A program made the translations under genes and the position numbers. A stretch of DNA of 42,350 nt from Phoronis australis. Taxonomy: Eukaryota > Animalia > Phoronida. This document shows, piece by piece, positions 23,101 through 32,100 of the stretch (the stretch's first letter is position 1; every line of letters begins with the position of its first letter). The stretch covers positions 16,914 to 59,263 of the forward strand of contig NMRA01001077.1 of assembly GCA_002633005.1 (NCBI GenBank), given 5' to 3'. The notes below the pieces were generated by a model. That model was not told the DNA's origin. It worked only from the letters and a program-made list of their open reading frames with translations, and made no database searches.

Positions 23101-26100
23101 TCCCATCCATAAAAGGAACAAGTGTGCAAAATTTCATGAATGCACGTTGAACGGTTTAGGAGATAGAGCAGCAGACGCTGGATGCCAGACGGCTCAGGAC
23201 GCACGGACGGGGATGAGGGTATAATGCGTCCACATATAAATATATGGGTGCATAAAAATACCTGAATATGTCACGATTATTTGAGCTTTATGAACCAAGG
23301 TAAACTCGTCTGAGTTTTCTTTCTGCCGCCAGATGTCAGCCCACACAGTGCCAGGTCGCGCAGCATTAAACTTCCAACCAATCAGGAATCCATCTGAGTC
23401 AACACGGAGGTCGGTGAATATTGACAGATAAGCACCTGGAGTTTTCATCTCATTGACATTAGTTGGACCCCCAAAATAGTCTGAAACGTAGAGAGGATAA
23501 TAATAACAATAAAACTAATGATAACAAAACAATAATCTAGGCAATAATAATGATTGCAGTGGTTCTTGTTGCTCGTTGCTGCCGTCGTCATCGTTGTTAT
23601 CATGAACATTTCATTTATAGATATTTTATAAGCCAAGCCCATCACAAAAACTCACTCTTGTTAGTTTTCAATTTCAGGAGATAGCGGTTTCTAAATCGAG
23701 GCTCAATCTAGATATCAATCTCACTGTTTTGCTCATCAGGACTCATGGGCCAATTTATCTACCATGGTTCAAATAGTTGCTAAAACCATTCATCAATGGA
23801 TACCAGAGAACCGAAAACTATCACATCTATTTTGGCTAATGTTCATCATATTTCTTCAAGCAAAAATGATTATAACAAAATCTTACTGGGAATTCAATTT
23901 CAAAAGTCAAACATTTCAAAAATAACTACTAGCATATTTGCCAATTTTAATAACGATCCTCTGTATGGTTTGGCAGATACAGAAACAGACAACAAAAACA
24001 GAGTAAAAAATAATCAAAATTGCCACTAGTAGCAATACAGCTGTCCCAGATGAGCTTAGTGCGTATTTTTAGCATTTTATGACTTTTTGGCAACCACGCA
24101 AAAAGTATTCCACAAAGTCTCAAAATATCGCGAGTTAAAGAAATTATGTTTCATCAAATCGGCATGACTTGCACAGCAGAACTAGAAGTTAAGAAAACAA
24201 GTTGTATGTAGATTATTTACAACTGAAGCCAGCATCAAAATTTTTCTTGAGAAGTATTAGAAATCACTCTTCTGTAGTGCAATAATTAGAAAGACAAGAC
24301 GAGGCCGTCAGCCAGCAATATCTTCTGCCAAAGCTTCAGTTGCGTACAGAAAAACCATTTACCTACATGTATGAGTGAAAATCGAGAACAAGAAAATAAG
24401 TCAAAATTGTAAAATGCCGACAATATACGGTACAGCGTTTTGTTACAAACATATTTTTAATGTTTAGCTCAAGTCCCTTGAGAAATGTAGGAGTTAATAA
24501 CACAGAAAATTTTTTGCACATATACACAAACGACACACAGAACCACAAGCTGACGGACATTATATGTTTGGAAAGACACCAACAGTTGCCCTTCACTCTT
24601 GGCAGAATATAAAAGTTACCTGAATGTCATAAAGACAACTGTGGCTATTATATCAAGATATGTGACATACAAACCCATACAAACAACATCCCAGCCAAAC
24701 AAAGCAGTAGTGTAGTTCATATGGTACAAATAGCATCTTTGTCAGAAACAGCTACTTACTTGGGACAAGTGTGCCATATACTTCTACCTCACACATAACA
24801 AGAGGCTCTGTTCCACGTTGTTGTATAAACAAGTATCTGCCATATACAGCTTTGTCACAGTTGATCCGTTGAGTTACACCTGCACCAACAGTACCACCAA
24901 AGTGGTGACACAAGGGGGCGCTAGATGACAACTGACCACTGAAGGACACACGGATATCAAAGTTAGTCAGAGTTGTAGCTGAAAGAGTAATAAAAACTTA
25001 TCAGATACAAATTATTGACAGGTTAACTAATTTAATTGATGAACCTGGAAATGATAACAAGTTTACTGAGGAGCTGCAAAATTTGATATGAATCAAGGCA
25101 GAAAGTTGGAAAACAACGTACAGGTCCAACAAAACTTTAACTGGTATAATTGTCATTTATGTCAGAATTTGCATATTGCATGTGTCAGAGAAACGTTTTC
25201 CTCCATTATAGAAAAGTCCAGATACGTATAAAGAACATCTTGTGAAGAAACTTAAACTTTTGTTAAAGAAATTTGAAAAAGCACTTTATTTCAACAAGAT
25301 ACAACTATAAATCACATACAGTTGACTAGATGCTGTCTGTTGGTTACATCGACCATGTACACGGCATAAACATTCTCCAGGTCAACTCTCCACCAATCGT
25401 TTGATCTGCCTGTGGTGCGTGAACAGCTGTTACCACCTTCAAAGTCTGTGTTTTTGTTTCCATCAACAGCAAGTGATGCAGCACTTCCTTCAGCACGAGT
25501 TGATGACTGTATAGCAGGTTTACCCAATGCAATGTTTGTACTCACTGTAAGAAACACAAGAGTGTGAGGGTGTGCAGCTATATGTAGACTACTGTATAGC
25601 AGGCTTACCCAATGCAATGTTTGTACTCACTGTAAGAAACACAAGAGCGTGAGGGTGTGCAGCTATATGTAGACTACTGTATAGCAGGCTTACCCAATGC
25701 AATGTTTGTACTCACTGTAAGAAACAGAGGAATGTGAGGGTGTACAGCCACATCTAGACTGTATAGCAGGCTTACCCAACGCAATGTTTGCACTAACTGT
25801 AAGAAACTAGAGCAACTTTTACAATACTTACAAACAGGACATCTGTAAACGTCACAGTGACTCCATCTACCACTCCCAGTAGCATGGTAACACCACGGTC
25901 CACTTAGGCTTCTGTTGGGGTTTCTACAATAGTCGGCAGCACTTTGTAGTGTATCATCTGGTAGCTTTTCTGTGATTATACCATGCGTATTTGGAGTCTG
26001 TGAGTCCCAGCGCTGACAATGGTCGTTGCCTCGAGTGGTCTTAACTAGACCAGAATAAGTTTGTCCAAAGTTGTCAATCTTGCACTCTTTGTTAGGTAAG

Positions 26101-29100
26101 ATTGTACCTAAATGTATCATCACTTTTTTAAGGAAAAGTCAAATGACAGAAATATCATTAAAAAGGAACTCGTTCTATCCAATACGACACTGTATGAATA
26201 AGCATGAAAAGTTTCAATCTCAAAATTGGATGAATTGTGTCTTATTTGTTGAGATGTTAATCTCATAACTAAATGATTTGATTTTTCCTCAGAAGTTTTC
26301 CAAATTTCAACCCTTACCTGTTGTACTATATACATGCAGCTCTACTATCTCAAGTTCAATCATAAGCATGCTGTCAGTTAATGCTTCATGTACAGTCACC
26401 AGATTTAGAGTCTAGACTGACACAACTGATCCCTTGTCAACTACTTGTCCAAATTATGAATTATCAACAAGCACTCAAAATTTATAGGAACAACTAAACA
26501 AAGATGCAAATGCTACAGGAAATTAAACTTCAAAATCAAAGTAAAAGTAATTAAATTAAAACTGAAACTGTGGTGAGTGGAATGAAAAGCAATTCAAATT
26601 GCGTCTATGGACACGCAGCAGAAATGTAAAAAAGCTGCCACTAGGGGGGCACAGTACTATTTCGTATTCATCTGAAAGAAATCATCATCCATTGTCAAGT
26701 TCATAGGTAAAAAAACTGCCATATTTGACAAAGATTAATAGGATTAAAGATGAAAAACAGGTTTTCATCATGGGATGTCATAGTACCCAGACCTAACCAA
26801 AATCAAGGACAGCCGTGTTCTTTTCAATACAACATAAATGCCAACTTTCCTTACGTTTTTGGCAGGTTTGGCGGATAGAGAGGTGGATGACAAAAAAAGA
26901 CTTAAAAATCTTAAAAATGGTCACTAGGTGGAACAGAATACGTCAAATCCATAAACAAATAAAAAGGTATAGTTGTTTCTGTAATAGAAACTTATTTGCC
27001 AAATTTTATGAAAGTTGATCACACAAACATGAAAAACAAATTTGCCACTAGAGGGCACAGCAGTGACAGAATCAGTCCAAAATCCATTTTCTTTCTCTAG
27101 CATCACAGGAACATATTTTCCAAATCTTGTGAAGATCCTGTAAATACAGTAACAGACTGCAGATGCCTAGACAGAGATGATGGAAATGTGGATATGTGGG
27201 TGCATGTAACAATTTCGTAAAATTTTGGAGAGTATTCTTTAGCTGTGAGAAAACACCCTTTTAGGGCAATAGGTGTCACTTTTCATAAACCTCTTCTGTA
27301 GGAATACCCTTTGAGCTGACATGGCATGAATTTGGCTAACTATTATCATTATTATTATTACTAGTACTACAACAAGTGCTGTTTCAAAAGGATTTTAATG
27401 GGGTTCTTAAGTTCAACCTTAACGATAATGTGAGGAACGTTTTGATAGCTGTGGATGCAGAGTAGGATTACTTTTTGGAAACGAGGAGGTTGAGATTTAA
27501 ATTCTTGTATAGACATGCACCATCTATTGGCAACCTCGGAAGTGTTTGTAATATAACTATATCCTTCTGTAGTTTGCCATGAAGAACTGAATTCAGACTC
27601 TAATCTTTTACTTGGGACTTACATCTAAATGTGAGGATACCCACCATATCATTTTTGTCTCTTGCTGAAAACAAATTTCCTCATCAAAGAACTGGGACTC
27701 GTTCCTCGATGATGAGTCAGTTCAAAAATTGTGTTAAGCTGATCTCTGGAGGCAGACACTTTTCAAGATCTGGCGACTGGTCGGCTATGGCCGCGGTCAC
27801 CGGGTCATTAGAATAGTTGGTAATGGACATACAAAACACACAACAATTTCATATGAAATGGGCCACTATACTCTTAGAAGACAGTAAGGAATTTCAACTA
27901 GATTTCATAGAAAGAGGGTTGTATGGAACAAAAACGGCCAACGTCAAAGTCAGTGATAGCAGAATGTCCAATCTCTGTCTTCATATATAAACTTCGTACT
28001 AACGAACATTGAAAAATAACAAAATTAATTGGCATTTTATATTAAAAGATAATATAAAGAGAAAATGCACTTTTTGTAATCCGCAGGAATGGTGCACTTC
28101 TCAACAAACTTTCCCCGCACATTGGTGAGATGTACTTCGCCAATGGATTTTTACAACTAAGGTGGTAGACAAAACTAGTTGGTACCAGAAACTTTGGTTT
28201 TGCTCCTTTTGTGTGGAGTGGGGCAATTACTGAATCAGCGATGACTTCAAGGCAGTAAAATTGGCTGATAAAAATCAAACTATCATGGACTAAAAGGGTT
28301 GATTTTTTTTTCAAATTGGTTTCCGAAATTAAACTCTTCATGAAACATTTTGTTATGGTTGCATTTATCGAAAAAATACACACTTGGTTTATGACCTGGG
28401 AGCACCAACAAAAGATTGCAAGAATGCTTCAACAATAAACTGATCCTGATCCTGGAAACTCCTTTGGTCTGGAGTTGAAACTATACGGTTCACATTATTT
28501 GACTATACCAAGAAACCATTTGTGTTAAAAAACAATGGAAAGCACATGGGGGCACATCTATCTGAATTTGAACGGACAAAATTTCATTCAAACAATTCAA
28601 GAAAGAAGCCATTAAGTGTGGTAACCATTTTCCTCCTGTGAAAAGTACCATGCAAACCCATGAAATATGAAATCCCTTTGGTAAAATGTAACAACTTGTT
28701 ACATTTTAGGAGAGGCCTAGCAGAGTAAAATGTAACAATTGTTACATTTTAATCAGTGCATAATTGAGTGGAAACAAATTAAGCACTGTACAACAGGTAA
28801 CCCTGTGTACAGTATGACATTTGAGGTACCTTTTCCCAAAGTTAAACATTCTACCAGACCCTGAGCCACACTATCAAGAAATTAAAATGATCTCAGATAT
28901 TCTGAAAGTGAGTAGAATGAGCATTGAGCTTGTGCAAAACAAATTGTGTTGGTTGAACAAGTTGACTATGAAATACCTGCAATGGATCACAAATTTTCAC
29001 TTTTGTTCATTTAATTCATTTCAACCTTGATACTTTTCTGCCGACAAATATGCAACAACTCACCGGAAGAAATCACAACACCATGAACTTGTACTTCACA

Positions 29101-32100
29101 CAGCGTGAGGGCCACATGTCCATCGAAAATCTGTATATACAAATAGCGCCCAAACACTGGATGAGGACTGCAGTCTATACGTAGTGTAGCTCCTGTACTA
29201 GCCTGTCCTTCGTAGAAACTACACTGTTGGTATGGAGCAGATAGGCTTGAGATGTTGGTTACCTTGACAACAAAGTTATGGAGCCGCTCACCTATTGAAA
29301 TACGAACAGACATACATCAAGTGTAAACAGCAAGTCACTGAAAACACAACAGATCGGTCTAGAGGCCATGAAAAGGGCATATACCAGCGACGTCTTTTTG
29401 GTCAAGTACGTCAGTAGTGAAAAAGTTTACCCCCAAATTAGCCTAAGCTCATTTTGGTGTTTTGTTTATTTTTAGATACATGTAATTCGTGGAGGCTATC
29501 TATAGATCAACCACAAAAACGAGAATGGGAAACATAAATCGTGAGTTTCCAACCCTTCGCCGAAGCGCACAACACAAAAACTGAAAAAATCTTTACACAA
29601 CATACAATCAATGGCAAAGGCACACAAAATTCACTCATAATTCATAGCCCCTTCGAGCCCCCCAGAAAAAATCTCAACCAATCAGTGTAAAGTGGTTCAT
29701 ATGACATCATCGTGGCCACGAAATTACTGGGAAGCCACACTGCGTAACAGCTGAGTGCTATTTCTTGGACGTTCTGTACTTGTCGATTTCTGGGCTAAAA
29801 TGCCTCTTTGCATGGTGTGCGGTTGTAGCAATGTCAGCAACAATGTGATACATTTGCACAACTTCCCCACAGATCACGTCGTGTGCCGTGCGTGGAATAG
29901 ATTCGTATCGACTGGCGACAAACTTTCCTGATTGGCAAGATCTGTTTTAGGCTTGGTGCAAAGCTGTAGCCCTATACAAAATCTACAGCTTCGCGTAGAT
30001 GTGGGTAAAAATTACTAAATAAAATCTGACTCAGAAATAGTGTCATTAAAAGCTGCACCGTTCTTTGAGTAAACCGAACTATTTACCGGTGTTGGAGGAA
30101 TTATCGTTCTACCACTCATCTACTGCTAAAATTGAAGTGCACTCTTGTGTCGGCATTTAGCCATTATGTCACCTGACCTGAACAGTTTCTTCCCCCCCCC
30201 CAGTTTATTCTTCTATCAACTGTTCTTTGCTGCCACAAGGTTGCGTACTGTCACAACAAATTGTCGGAACTGGTTTCATTTCGTTACAAGTTATTTGCAT
30301 TTTTAAGACCAGCAAACCGAATTTAGAACAAACTTTACAACTGCGAAGCTGTCATCATGTCCCAAAAGAAGTCGCACAATTTTAGTACGGCGCATGTGCT
30401 TGTCCCGAGCATACTGTTTTCAAAACAACAACTTTCTTTGTTACACAGCTCAAAAGGCGCAGAGTAATGCTAGAAAATGACGTTTATTAGATTGTTCTTC
30501 CCGTGAACGACTGGCAACGGGCAAGGTGAGTGTCTGAATTGTCTCCCAGATTTTGCATGCACCCCGGCTGTCGGTCGTTGGCTCTGCGATAGAAGTTTCA
30601 TGACGAGGTGACTAACACAACTCATACCCGGCCTGTATGATATTTCGTGGTTTAACAGAGCTCAATTCACAGTGTTACTTTGCTGTATTTTGGTGATAGT
30701 CTTCAAACAGCTAGCTGGCTGGCTACAAAAAATATGCAGTGTGCACTTCGACTTTTCGTGTTACTGTTCCGGCCCAGAGTATAGGGAATCCGGCCCAAAT
30801 CCTGAATATTCTATCTGACTGGGTCATTCCTGTAGGCCTAACGGAATTCTGATACTGATTGTAAAACGTTCAATTGATTACAAATTCTTATAATTGAGTA
30901 TGTTTTCATGCAATCCAGACTTTATTTCATAGTTTTAATTTATTACAGACACTCACAATGTTGTGTTGCTATTAAATTTTCAATTTTTTTTAGGTTGACC
31001 GAGTGGCGGCAATTAGGCTATGGGTTGCAGCATTTCAAGGTGACTTATTTTGAAAATTGAGTTTCTAATATAGTTTTCAACGAATTTGATTATAATTGCT
31101 TTGTATAAAAAGATCAAGCTGATATGTGTTGTAACGTTTCCAAGTATTTTGCATCAAATTAAACGACCTATTGTTGCCTATACCAATAAGGGACACACAC
31201 TGGACAGCCGCCCGTATTGGAATCGGGCAGCGTTCACACCTTCGGCTTCAAAGAGACATGAATGCAAAGTTCCTAACACTAAAGTTTTTGTATCAAGCAA
31301 ATTACTCTTTATAATAAACATTGTGAAATTGCTGATAACAATTCAGAAGAAGCGTTTTGTTTTTCCGGCTGTTTCGACGGCCCCACTCACACTTCTGGGG
31401 ATTCCCATACGGGCCCATATATGTGCTAAATAATTAAAAAATTCTAAAGGTAATGATTTTGATCAATTTTAATATTTACTGACATGAAATGAAAAATTAA
31501 TGCGTTTCCTTGTTTTTCCATGTATTTTGCACTAAATTAAATGGCCAGTCATCGCTGATTCCAATACTACGATGTCATTGACTTCGATTGGCGCGAGTGC
31601 CGTCTCAAGCTTTCTTTTGGCGCTAAATGGGGTTCCTGATGGGGCTACTGTATTGTCGAAGGCATACTTAATTAACGACTGGGGTATGCTATGACACAGT
31701 ATTTTGATATTTTTCATCAATAAATGTATTTTAGATGTAAAAATTGTCATTTTGGCACCATACTTGGCCTTTAAAGAATCCGTGAATGATGTGTTGACAA
31801 GATTACAAAAGACTGATCCTTGGGTGTCTACCCATTGTCGAGTCAAAGAACGACACCTAGCGGTATAAAACCACAAAGAAGACTTGGCAAGGTCCTAGTG
31901 TCATTTCAAATAACTGCGATCATACATGTGTTAATTGTTAACGTAAAATAAAACCAATCCTCTGCCCTGCTTTAGTTTCTTGACATGTAAAGAGCTCCCA
32001 GAATGTTAATGTTACAGATCATGCTTCATGCATAAAATTGACAGCTAAGACAAGGCAACTGGTAAAAGTATGACATTCTCCCGTTGAGTCCAACTTGTTT

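Noticed and set aside
27390-28500. Possible decayed Penelope/GIY-YIG element (FLYRHAPSIGNL, GEMYF, SFGLE fragments)
   Set aside because: Motifs are too weak and scattered across frames to support without TBLASTN or an HMM search.
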